From: Patescibacteria group bacterium
GTDB lineage: Bacteria > Patescibacteriota > Patescibacteriia > Patescibacteriales > UBA12465
Length of the DNA stretch: 64,000 nucleotides
Assembly: GCA_041651095.1 (NCBI GenBank)
Contig: JBAZJV010000001.1
Location: 147,835-211,834 of the forward strand
Direction of reading: 5' to 3'
The notes under the pieces were generated by a model. That model saw nothing but the letters and a program-made list of their open reading frames with translations. It was not told the DNA's origin and ran no database searches. Below are positions 1 to 7,996 of this stretch, piece after piece. A program made the position numbers and the translations under genes. Position 1 is the stretch's first letter. Every line of letters starts with the position of its first letter.

Positions 1-17
1 TACACTGTGGGTCTAAA

Positions 18-770
18 ATGGAAGTTGAATCAAAAATGTTGCATAGTAGAAATCATGATTATGAGAACGAAGAAGTGCTTTTTACTTTCCGTTGCCCCGA
101 ATGCCAATCTGGGCGAGGTTTTTGGGAATATGGGGATGAGTGGGTATTGAAACCTAAGAAGTGTTCAAAGTGCGGTATTGCAATGGATGAAAGAAGCAGA
201 AGAGAAAATAAAAAAGTTTTTCATTTATCAGTCTGTCCTAGATGCGGCGAAAAAGATGAATTCATTCTTGATCTTGGTGAGAAAGACAAAGTGCAGATAG
301 ACCAAAATTACGAAAAAGACCGAGCTGAATTTTGTTTGTCGGAAGAAGAAGGCCGTAAATACTCGGATATGACTTTCCAATTGAAGAGTATTGGGAATTT
401 ATCAGCAAAAATTGAAGAAAGAGAAAAGAATAAAGATGTATATGACAAGATCGCTAAATTACAAAAATTATCTATAGCCCAGATACAAAAACTACTTACG
501 GATGTAATTGAACAAAATAAGTATAGCGATTTACAATTTTCAAAACCAGAATTTGGTCGCAATGTCATGGTTGAATTTACCTGCATAGAACAGGATCCTG
601 ACAGACAAGAATACAATAGTAAACAAAATTTAAAAAAACTTATCGAAAAAACCTTGGCAGATACCACGTGGAGATTGATGAGTGATGGTATAAATTATCG
701 GATGGGATATTTGAGTGGAAGAATTAAGGCTTACGAAAGTGAGGATGATTTAAAGAAATTAGTACAATAA
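18..770 (+). CDS. hypothetical protein with N-terminal zinc-ribbon-like CxxC pairs
   Basis: 250-aa ORF with CPECQ...CSKCG and CPRCG motifs in the first ~80 aa. Its stop lies 1 nt before the next ORF start, so the two are likely co-transcribed. Confidence 0.55.
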   Translation: MEVESKMLHSRNHDYENEEVLFTFRCPECQSGRGFWEYGDEWVLKPKKCSKCGIAMDERSRRENKKVFHLSVCPRCGEKDEFILDLGEKDKVQIDQNYEKDRAEFCLSEEEGRKYSDMTFQLKSIGNLSAKIEEREKNKDVYDKIAKLQKLSIAQIQKLLTDVIEQNKYSDLQFSKPEFGRNVMVEFTCIEQDPDRQEYNSKQNLKKLIEKTLADTTWRLMSDGINYRMGYLSGRIKAYESEDDLKKLVQ

Positions 771-771
771 T

Positions 772-1773
772 ATGAAAAAACTTACAAAAATATTACTAGA
801 TAAAAGTCACGAAAGTTTTTTGCTCGCACTTGAATTATTTAATAAACCTACAAGTGGATATAGAGTTGAATCATTTTGTTTGCTATTTAGTAACGCATGG
901 GAGTTGGCACTTAAAGCTTATATCTTCGAAAGTAATAATGGGAGTAAAAAAAGCATATTTATGAAGAAGAAAAGGCGTGAGAAGAGAAAAACAATAACTC
1001 TTGATCAATCTTTATCAAATGTTTTTGAGGAAAATAATCCAGTAAGAAAAAATATTGAATTCGTATCAGAATTAAGAAATGAAGCGGCCCACTTAATAAT
1101 TGAAGAAATGGAACCATATTTTTCTCGTGTTTTCCAAAGCGGTGTAATTAACTACATAGAATTTATTAATGAAAAATTCTCGATTGATATCATTGAAAGA
1201 TTAAATCCTGGATTTATAAGTCTTGTAAGCCAAGAAAAAGATATAAAAAATATAGGACTGTTAAAACAAAAATTAGCAAAAGAAGATCTAAATAATATAA
1301 AATCATGGCTGGACCGTTTTCAAGAGTTGGAAAATATGGGGCATAAAGCGGCCATACCTCTAACTTATAAAGTTGCTATAGTAAATAACCCAGAGCATGC
1401 AGATATAACTTTGTCTAATAGTAAAGTTGGCAATACTGGAAATGTTATGGCAGGGATTATTATAGAAAAAACAAAAGATAGAGATTTAACTCATCCCCAC
1501 ACTGCTAATGAAGCGTTGGCTGAGGTTAATCGTCGCTTAAATATCAGCCCTGTTTTATCAAGTTATGACTTCCAAGCCTATTGTTATTATAAAAATGTTA
1601 AAAAGACAAAAAAGAATGATTTGTTTTGGCATGCTAAACACTCAACTCCAACTTATTCTGATAAGTTTATTGATCAAATGACTAATTATTTTACTGAACA
1701 CTCAGATCAAAGAAATACAATGCGGAGTAAATACAAAAGCTATCTGAGAAGCAAAAACCCTAGAAAGAAATAA
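772..1773 (+). CDS. hypothetical protein; N-terminal helical region resembles a DUF3644-type domain (recollection only)
   Basis: 333-aa ORF. The N-terminus SHESFLLALELFNKP..YRVESFCLLFSNAWELALKAYI matches the signature I associate with DUF3644. The gene is tightly packed with its neighbours. Confidence 0.5.
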   Translation: MKKLTKILLDKSHESFLLALELFNKPTSGYRVESFCLLFSNAWELALKAYIFESNNGSKKSIFMKKKRREKRKTITLDQSLSNVFEENNPVRKNIEFVSELRNEAAHLIIEEMEPYFSRVFQSGVINYIEFINEKFSIDIIERLNPGFISLVSQEKDIKNIGLLKQKLAKEDLNNIKSWLDRFQELENMGHKAAIPLTYKVAIVNNPEHADITLSNSKVGNTGNVMAGIIIEKTKDRDLTHPHTANEALAEVNRRLNISPVLSSYDFQAYCYYKNVKKTKKNDLFWHAKHSTPTYSDKFIDQMTNYFTEHSDQRNTMRSKYKSYLRSKNPRKK

Positions 1774-1777
1774 AAAT

Positions 1778-1975
1778 ATGAGACGAAGACTTAGCTACAA
1801 ACAAAGAATAAATATTGGAAGACTTTCATGGTGGATCATGTTTTTAACTGGTGGTTCTCTAATCTGGAAATTTGTTAGTAACAACTATATTGCTGGCAGT
1901 TTAGTTTTTGTGTGGGGTTCTTTTGTTTATTTAATTAATCCCTATCTCTTAAAAGAGTTGCGTGTGTGGAAATAA
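1778..1975 (+). CDS. small membrane protein
   Basis: 65-aa ORF with two hydrophobic segments (LSWWIMFLTGGSLIW, IAGSLVFVWGSFVYLI). It starts 4 nt after the previous stop. Confidence 0.4.
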   Translation: MRRRLSYKQRINIGRLSWWIMFLTGGSLIWKFVSNNYIAGSLVFVWGSFVYLINPYLLKELRVWK

Positions 1976-1976
1976 T

Positions 1977-2162
1977 ATGAACAAAAAATTACTTATCATT
2001 TTAATTATATTCGCCATTTTATTTGGAGTGTTCTTGTTTATCTTCGGCGGATATGATGACAGTCCTGGAGCACAACTATTAGGTTTATTATTAGTTGTTA
2101 TTGGTATTGTTTTCATTTTTAAATTAAAAAAATATGATTTTCGAAAATCAATCAAAAAATAA
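1977..2162 (+). CDS. small two-TM membrane protein
   Basis: The ATG at 1977 lies 1 nt after the previous stop; the track start at 1962 is a GTG extension. Sequence MNKKLLIILIIFAILFGVFLFIFGG...LLGLLLVVIGIVFIF. Confidence 0.45.
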   Translation: MNKKLLIILIIFAILFGVFLFIFGGYDDSPGAQLLGLLLVVIGIVFIFKLKKYDFRKSIKK

Positions 2163-3348
2163 GAAAGTTTTGTTTATTATTTCTCTCATTATTTTAATAG
2201 TTGGAATTTCAGCTTTGTTGTATCTACCAGTCATTTTTCAAGAAGGCAATCCTTGGCCGCAGATAAAAGGAATAACCCAATTGAATTTTACAGGTAAAGA
2301 CATGGTAAAGTTATCTAGTGAAGAAAACAGATACATGACCAAGAGTAAAAATGGTGTTGAGGTTATTAAGGAATACATGAAAAATAAGGGGTATAATTTT
2401 ACCGAACAAATGGGTTCAGGTTATCTTTTTCAATCCACAACAGGAGAAAGTGCCGTTGCCACACATAAATATTACAGCCGATTTTATTCACTTTGGAAAA
2501 TAACAGAAAATACAAATAATACAGAAAATAATAATGATCTATGGACGACAGCAACTGTTGGCGATGGCATAACATTTCAATATCCAAAGGAACTATTGGC
2601 AAAATATATTAGTGAAATAGAATGGCCGCCACAGTTAAAAATAGAAGACAAGTTATTTGCTTGTAATCCGTCTGATAACGAAATTCAACAGGGCAGTCAA
2701 ACTGAACTGCGTTTAGTAGACAGCCGATCATATTGTGTGACTAAGGAAAGTGAGGGTGCGGCTGGTAGTATGTATACTGCTTACACTTATACTTTTCCAA
2801 AAGATAACAAAACAGGAGTTATCACTTTTGCTTTACGCTTTGTTCAGTGCCAAAATTACGACGAACCAAAAGCGTCAGAGTGTGAAAACGAACGATCTGC
2901 TTTTGATATAGATGGCACTATAGATAGAATTGCTCAAAGTATTAAAATGAAATCCGAACAATTATCCATCGCCGAAGAATTAAAAGATTGTTTGCCAAAA
3001 AGTGATACTGCCAGTCATGAAAAATGCAATGAGCTTTTAGCTACAATTAGAAACTTTGATGATTGTGTTAATGCTGGTTTTACTATAATGAAATCAAATC
3101 CACCTCAATGTGCTACTCCCGATGGTAGATCCTTTACTGACGAAACCAATAGTACTTGGGATGTAGTCTTAACAAGTCTTAATAACTGTGAAGTTGAAAG
3201 CGTCTTTCAAACTCATAGTAAATTAGTGACTCTTAAACTCAAAAATGGTAATAAGGTTACAGCTTACGAACCCCAAATTGATGATGTAATGAAGGTGGTC
3301 GCTGATTTAAAGGGTAAGTGTGGCGATATCCGAATGGCTACTGAGTAG
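2134..3348 (+). CDS. membrane-anchored Cys-containing protein, paralog of 15924..16700 with a ~145-aa central insertion
   Basis: 404 aa with an N-terminal TM. The blocks FQEGNPWPQIKGI, GYNFTEQMGSGYLF and C-terminal CLPKSD..CNELLATIRNFDDC..PPQCATPDGRSFTDETN..GKCGDIRMATE align with the 258-aa ORF at 15924. Confidence 0.7.
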   Translation: MIFENQSKNKKVLFIISLIILIVGISALLYLPVIFQEGNPWPQIKGITQLNFTGKDMVKLSSEENRYMTKSKNGVEVIKEYMKNKGYNFTEQMGSGYLFQSTTGESAVATHKYYSRFYSLWKITENTNNTENNNDLWTTATVGDGITFQYPKELLAKYISEIEWPPQLKIEDKLFACNPSDNEIQQGSQTELRLVDSRSYCVTKESEGAAGSMYTAYTYTFPKDNKTGVITFALRFVQCQNYDEPKASECENERSAFDIDGTIDRIAQSIKMKSEQLSIAEELKDCLPKSDTASHEKCNELLATIRNFDDCVNAGFTIMKSNPPQCATPDGRSFTDETNSTWDVVLTSLNNCEVESVFQTHSKLVTLKLKNGNKVTAYEPQIDDVMKVVADLKGKCGDIRMATE

Positions 3349-3546
3349 TGAGACATAAGACAATACCTCCATAAGTGTCCCACGTGTCCTGTCCCACATC
3401 AAAACCCCAGTATTTTAGCCTTTTACTTAATTGGGGTGGGACACAGACCCCGACCCACATACCTCAATTCGTCCCCTGGACAAATCGCTCAAAAACCCTT
3501 ATACTGATTGTAATTCTGGGTTACTTAACCCGAGTAGCCCGCCAGC

Positions 3547-3577
3547 AAAAAAGACCCAAAATGCTTTGGTCTTTTTT
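3547..3577. terminator. hairpin flanked by an A-run and a T-run (bidirectional-type intrinsic terminator)
   Basis: AAAAAAGACCCAAA-ATGC-TTTGGTCTTTTTT: about 11 bp of stem with one bulge, sited in the non-coding stretch after the 2134..3348 gene. Confidence 0.55.
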
Positions 3578-3823
3578 GTTAATATTGAATTTTTTTGGGG
3601 GGGGCGAAAGGCGATGCGCAGTTGTGCGCCGCCGAGCCCGGGTAGCGCAATCTTTCCTTCTCCACAGTATAAAATAAAATATCCTTTGGGGGTGTTTATT
3701 TTACATCTGGAGAGATAATAGGGATGAGAACCCATAGGGTTCGCCCGGGCAACGAGTGACGCGGCTCAAGCGCCACGAGGCGGGAATCCTTACCTGGCTA
3801 TCTTGTTATTTAGCTTAACTTAA

Positions 3824-3851
3824 TAAAAAAGCTCTACGTAAAATGTAGAGC
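3824..3851 (-). terminator. Rho-independent terminator of the 3874..4392 gene
   Basis: Perfect 7-bp stem GCTCTAC/GTAGAGC (3831-3837/3845-3851) with a 7-nt loop. On the minus strand it is followed by a T-run (plus-strand AAAAAAA 3824-3830). Confidence 0.7.
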
Positions 3852-3873
3852 TTCCAACAATTACTTAAGTTAA

Positions 3874-4392
3874 CTATTTAATTTTAGACAAATCAGATCC
3901 ATCTAAATATTCCACTGAAAGTAATTGGCCATAAGTTTCCCCAGTGCAGGCTTTTATTTGATAACTTGGTTTTTTAGCGCCGCTAGGGAATAAATTAATA
4001 ACCAAGTCATAAAATCTCTTATCATTAGCTTTAATATCCTTTAGATGCTCCTTAATATGTGGCGGCATATGGCTGTTATCAGGATGTTGGTGATAAGAAA
4101 TGATAGCTTGAGCCCTCACGGTTTTACAAATTGTAGTATAATCCTCCGGGCTAATATGCTCTGGGTTAGGCAACATTCGGTTAATATTTTCTGCAATACC
4201 AGTATGGGATTGTAGAAAGGAAGATATAGTTATTTTTTTTATGACCGTTGCCGTGATAAGTGCATGTAGCAATATTTCTGGCAAAAGAATAATGAGTTGA
4301 TAGCCAGGACTGTACAGCACCTCGTACTCCTTGCTTATCAGTTTGCGAAGTTTGGCATCCTGATAAATGCTCCATTTTTTTAATTTGATCAT
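3874..4392 (-). CDS. hypothetical protein
   Basis: 172-aa ORF with a terminator immediately downstream and an AT-rich promoter region upstream. I recognise no family motif. Confidence 0.55.
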   Translation of the reverse strand: MIKLKKWSIYQDAKLRKLISKEYEVLYSPGYQLIILLPEILLHALITATVIKKITISSFLQSHTGIAENINRMLPNPEHISPEDYTTICKTVRAQAIISYHQHPDNSHMPPHIKEHLKDIKANDKRFYDLVINLFPSGAKKPSYQIKACTGETYGQLLSVEYLDGSDLSKIK

Positions 4393-4744
4393 CGCGATTC
4401 TCCTTTTGGTTTTTAGGCTCGCTATGGCCTATTGTTTTTAGTTTGTTGCTTATTGCAACGTGACTTTTATTTTTAATGATCACTTTGTAATAAATAATTT
4501 TACATTATTTTTGTTGTTTTGTCAATATTAGTTTTGTATATAAAATTAAATTTTGTTTAATAATAGTAATTTTATTCCAAAAATAGAATAAAATATATAA
4601 CAGAGGCTCTCATTTACCACCCATCTCAGCCCCCAGCGTCTCTGGAATTGAGACGCCTTCATAGTTATCGGCCTTTTAAATAGGGAAATTGGGTTTTTAA
4701 ATAATCAGTGCTTTAAATAAATTTTGTGACAGCAAGGCTTAAAG

Positions 4745-4774
4745 CCGTTCCAACTACGCCCCACCCTCTCCGCA
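4745..4774 (+). repeat. copy 1 of a recurring motif ending in the tRNA-Ser 3'-end string
   Basis: CCGTTCCAACTACGCCCCACCCTCTCCGCA. Positions 4750-4774 match 13851-13875 at 23/25 nt. The last 10 nt, CCTCTCCGCA, equal 12752-12761 (tRNA-Ser 3' acceptor strand plus GCA). Confidence 0.6.
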
Positions 4775-4832
4775 GTATAGAGCCCATAGCGCTAGCTATA
4801 GATTTTTATTAGCCGGTTTTACTTCTGAGGTG

Positions 4833-4841
4833 TGCTATAAT
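4833..4841 (+). promoter_or_regulatory. extended -10 promoter element (TGcTATAAT) upstream of the oxidoreductase operon
   Basis: TGCTATAAT lies ~50 nt upstream of the ATG at 4893. The -35 element is weak. Confidence 0.35.
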
Positions 4842-4892
4842 ATCATTATCGGCTAAAACCATCATTATTCTCGGCCGAGCGTATTACTTTTC

Positions 4893-6599
4893 ATGACAGC
4901 CTTTACTTTCAAGATCGGCGGACGGGCCGGGGCCGGCATCACTTCGGCTGGCCTGACCTTTGCCAAGGTCGCGACCCGTTCCGGTTATCATATTTTCGAC
5001 TATTTAGAATATCCTTCTCTTATCCGCGGCGGGCATAACGTCATGCAGACGACCGTCGCCGATGAGCCGATAGGCGCTACTTCTTCAGCGACTGATTTTT
5101 TAGTGGCGCTCAATCAGGAAACCGTTGACCGGCATATCACTGAATTATCGCCTGATGGCATCCTGCTTTATGATGCTGATGAAAAGATCACGGTCGGCCA
5201 GTTGCCGGCCGGTGCCGCCGCCCTCGGCCTGCCTCTGCATAGTTTGTCCAAGCGCAGCAGCGCCAGCATCGCCGCAATCAATACCGTGGCTTTGGGCGCG
5301 ACTTTATATCTCTTAGGCGGAGAATTGAAGATTTTGCAGGATTTGCTGAGTGATCAGTTTGCTAAAAAAGGGCAGAAAGTCCAGCAAAATAATATTGATG
5401 CCGCGGCTATAGGATTCGAATATGCTCAGGATAATTTTGCTGCGCATGTTGCTCCAAGGCTGTCCAAGCGAAAGAAATCCGCGCCGCAAATAGTCATTAA
5501 CGGCAATGAAGCGGCGGCTCTCGGATCAATCGCGGCCGGCTTGCAATTCGCGGCCATCTATCCGATGACCCCGACCTCCCAGATCTTGGAGGTCCTGGCC
5601 CCGCTGCAAGAGGAATTCGGCTTTATTTATAAGCAGCCGGAGGACGAGATTGCCGCTATTAATATGGCGATTGGCGCTTCGTTCGCCGGCGCCCGCTCCA
5701 TGACCGCCACTTCCGGCGGCGGTTTCTGTCTGATGACCGAAGGTTTTGGTTTGGCCGGCATGACGGAAACGCCGGTCGTGATCATCGTCGGACAGCGTCC
5801 GGGTCCGGCCACCGGTTTGCCGACCTGGACCGAACAAGGCGACCTGCGTTTCGTGCTGCACGCGCATCAGGGCGATTTCCCGCGCCTGGTGCTGGCCCCC
5901 GGCGACGTTACCGAAACTTTTGAGTTGACCAGGCAGGCTTTTAATCTGGCGGATAAATATCAGACGCCGGTCATCGTCTTGTTGGATAAGCAGGTTTGCG
6001 AGAGCCATCAGAGCGTGCCGCTTTTTAGCGACGATAAGTATAAGATTGACCGCGGCAAATTCACGATTAAGGCAAATGGTAATTACGAGCGTTATGCTCT
6101 GAGCCCGGACGGGATTTCGCGTCGCGTGCCGGCCGGTTCCGGCGTCCACGTTATCGCCAACTCCGACGAGCACGACAGTTTCGGTTATTCTAACGAAGAA
6201 GCAGCGATCCGCCACCAGCAAGTGGAGAAACGGATGCAGAAATTAGCGACTTGCGAGCGGGAAGACCTGCCGGCGCCGCAACTTTATGGCCCGGCCGAAG
6301 CCGATCTGACCATTGTTGCCTGGGGGAGCAATAAGGGAGCGATCTTGGCGGCCTTAGCCGAGCATCCGCGGGTCAATTTCTTGCATCTGACTTGGCTTAA
6401 TCCTTTTCCGACGGAAGCGGTCGCCAAGATATTGAAAGGAGCCAAACGCGTTTTGAATATTGAAAATAATTATAGCGGTCAGCTGGCCGGCCTGATCGCG
6501 GAAAAGACCGGCCTTATGATTGAACATCAACTATTGAAATACGATGGCCGGCCGTTCTATCCGGCAGAGATTAGCAATAAGATCAAAGAACTATTATGA
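4893..6599 (+). CDS. korA: 2-oxoacid:ferredoxin oxidoreductase, alpha subunit (gamma-type domain fused at the N-terminus); substrate not determinable
   Basis: 568 aa. N-terminal FKIGGRAGAGITSAGLTFAK (gamma-type domain), then INGNEAAALGSIAAGLQFAAIYPMTPTS and TSGGGFCLMTEGFGLAGMTETPVVI (alpha). ATGA overlap with the beta subunit. Confidence 0.9.
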   Translation: MTAFTFKIGGRAGAGITSAGLTFAKVATRSGYHIFDYLEYPSLIRGGHNVMQTTVADEPIGATSSATDFLVALNQETVDRHITELSPDGILLYDADEKITVGQLPAGAAALGLPLHSLSKRSSASIAAINTVALGATLYLLGGELKILQDLLSDQFAKKGQKVQQNNIDAAAIGFEYAQDNFAAHVAPRLSKRKKSAPQIVINGNEAAALGSIAAGLQFAAIYPMTPTSQILEVLAPLQEEFGFIYKQPEDEIAAINMAIGASFAGARSMTATSGGGFCLMTEGFGLAGMTETPVVIIVGQRPGPATGLPTWTEQGDLRFVLHAHQGDFPRLVLAPGDVTETFELTRQAFNLADKYQTPVIVLLDKQVCESHQSVPLFSDDKYKIDRGKFTIKANGNYERYALSPDGISRRVPAGSGVHVIANSDEHDSFGYSNEEAAIRHQQVEKRMQKLATCEREDLPAPQLYGPAEADLTIVAWGSNKGAILAALAEHPRVNFLHLTWLNPFPTEAVAKILKGAKRVLNIENNYSGQLAGLIAEKTGLMIEHQLLKYDGRPFYPAEISNKIKELL

Positions 6600-7450
6600 C
6601 TTGGCAGGATTATTTAACACCCAATAAATGTACCTGGTGCCCCGGCTGCGGCAACTTCGGCATCTGGAGCGCTTTTGAACGGGCCGCTTTAGCCGCCGGC
6701 TGGGATAATTCCAATACGGCTCTCGTGGCCGGTATCGGCTGCCACGGACACATCGTCAATTTTATCGGTCTCACCACTTTCGAAGGTCTGCACGGCCGGC
6801 CGATTCCGGTCGCGGCCGGCTTGAAGCTGGCCAATAGCCAGTTGAATGTTTTTGTCTTTACCGGCGACGGCGATTGCTTGGCGGAAGGCGGCAATCATCT
6901 GATCCATGCCGCCCGCCGCAATCAGAATATCACGGTGATTATTCATGATAATGCTATTTACGGCCTGACTGCCGGCCAGACCTCGCCGCGTTCGCCGCAA
7001 GGTTTAGCCTCCAAGTCTACGCCGGACGGCAACCTGGAAGAACCCATTCATCCGTTGCGCCTGGCCTTGGCTGCGGGCGCCACTTTCTTGGCCCGGACCT
7101 ATTCCGGCGACATTGACCAGTGCTCCGATATCCTGATAAAAGCTAATCAGCACGACGGCCTGGCGGTCGTGCAAATTCTGCAGCCTTGCGTGACTTTCAA
7201 CCAGGTTTACAGCCATATTTTTTATCAGGAAAACACTTATCAGCTGCCGGCCGATTATGATCCGACGGATCGGGCCGCCGCTTTTGCCAAAACCATGGAA
7301 TGGGGCGAGAAGCAGATTCCGGTCGGCATCTTATATCAGGCCAATGAGCCGAGCTATGAAAGCCGGATACCGCAGATCAGCCGACAGCCGCTGGTCAAGG
7401 CGGCCGTCCGCAAGCGCAACATCGGCAAGATTTTAAAGCAGTACTTATGA
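6596..7450 (+). CDS. korB: 2-oxoacid:ferredoxin oxidoreductase, beta (TPP-binding) subunit
   Basis: 284 aa with WCPGCGNFGI and the TPP motif GDGDCLAEGGNHLIHAARRN. Translationally coupled on both sides by ATGA overlaps. Confidence 0.9.
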   Translation: MTWQDYLTPNKCTWCPGCGNFGIWSAFERAALAAGWDNSNTALVAGIGCHGHIVNFIGLTTFEGLHGRPIPVAAGLKLANSQLNVFVFTGDGDCLAEGGNHLIHAARRNQNITVIIHDNAIYGLTAGQTSPRSPQGLASKSTPDGNLEEPIHPLRLALAAGATFLARTYSGDIDQCSDILIKANQHDGLAVVQILQPCVTFNQVYSHIFYQENTYQLPADYDPTDRAAAFAKTMEWGEKQIPVGILYQANEPSYESRIPQISRQPLVKAAVRKRNIGKILKQYL

Positions 7451-7911
7451 GCAAACGGGTGATCATTGTTTACGCCAGCAATTCCGGCGCTACGTTCCTG
7501 GTGGCCGAGATTATCGCGCGCGTTTTAAAGCGCCGCTATCAGGTAACCATGCAAAAGGCGGCGGCGACTCAGCCGGTCGACTTAGAACAGTATGACGTAC
7601 TGCTCTTCGGTTCGCCCAGCTGGCGCGTGCCCGGTCGGGGCGACGGCTTCCCACAGGAAACTATGCTAGATTTTATGCGGCGCTGTGCCGGACGAGAATT
7701 TCCCGGTCAGCAATGCGCCGCTTTCGGCTGCGGCGACTCGTCTTATACTCTGTTTTGCGGCGCTGTCAACCAATTGGAAAAATTCCTGTTTGATTTGAAG
7801 GCTAAACGGGTGAGCGACTCTTTGCGTATTGACGGCTACTTCTTCGATCGGGAAAAGAATATGGCCCTGGCCGAGCGTTGGGCGGAGGAATTGCTGCAGA
7901 AAATCGTTTAG
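7447..7911 (+). CDS. flavodoxin
   Basis: 154 aa with VIIVYASNSGATFLVAE (FMN phosphate loop) and FGCGDSSYTLFCGAV. ATGA overlap with the beta subunit. Confidence 0.8.
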   Translation: MSKRVIIVYASNSGATFLVAEIIARVLKRRYQVTMQKAAATQPVDLEQYDVLLFGSPSWRVPGRGDGFPQETMLDFMRRCAGREFPGQQCAAFGCGDSSYTLFCGAVNQLEKFLFDLKAKRVSDSLRIDGYFFDREKNMALAERWAEELLQKIV

Positions 7912-7996
7912 CATTAGGCGGTAATTATTAGACGGCTTAAATTCCGGCTTGCGGCCGGTTTTTTTAAAACCAGGGCCGACATGATATAATAGAAAT

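Larger units (their letters stand above)
1..4774. mobile_element. AT-rich accessory island (possible integrated-element remnant; no integrase or transposase seen)
   Basis: Visibly lower GC than the core genes that follow. None of its ORFs has a recognisable housekeeping function. The right edge coincides with a 30-nt motif (4745-4774) whose last ~10 nt equal the 3' end of tRNA-Ser at 12673-12759. Confidence 0.3.

Noticed and set aside
3375-3735. Three overlapping 78-100-aa ORFs on both strands in the gap after the 2134..3348 gene
   Set aside because: They overlap each other in conflicting frames, have low-complexity Pro/Arg-rich translations, and lack an RBS or start context. One spans a terminator hairpin. 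I treat the region as non-coding (see the finding on 3349-3873).
3712-3795. GGAGAGATAATAGGGATGAGAACCCATAGGGTTCGCCC..., considered as a second tRNA-Ser or tRNA-like gene because it starts like the tRNA acceptor stem
   Set aside because: No matching 3' acceptor strand, anticodon arm or T-arm could be folded. There are only isolated hairpins.
4745-4774. The recurring motif, considered as a genuine 3' half of a tRNA gene
   Set aside because: Only the last ~10 nt match tRNA-Ser. The preceding bases cannot form a T-arm, and no 5' acceptor strand (GGAGAGG) lies ~80 nt upstream. It is reported as an att-like or 3'-UTR motif instead.
5526-6221. 231-aa minus-strand ORF inside the oxidoreductase alpha gene
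   Set aside because: It is antisense to a gene with strong family motifs. This is a shadow ORF.
6596-7450. Possibility of an alternative genetic code (UGA as sense, as in some CPR lineages)
   Set aside because: TGA terminates genes cleanly at ATGA overlaps (6597-6599, 7448-7450, 15925-15927). The resulting protein lengths match family expectations. The code is standard.
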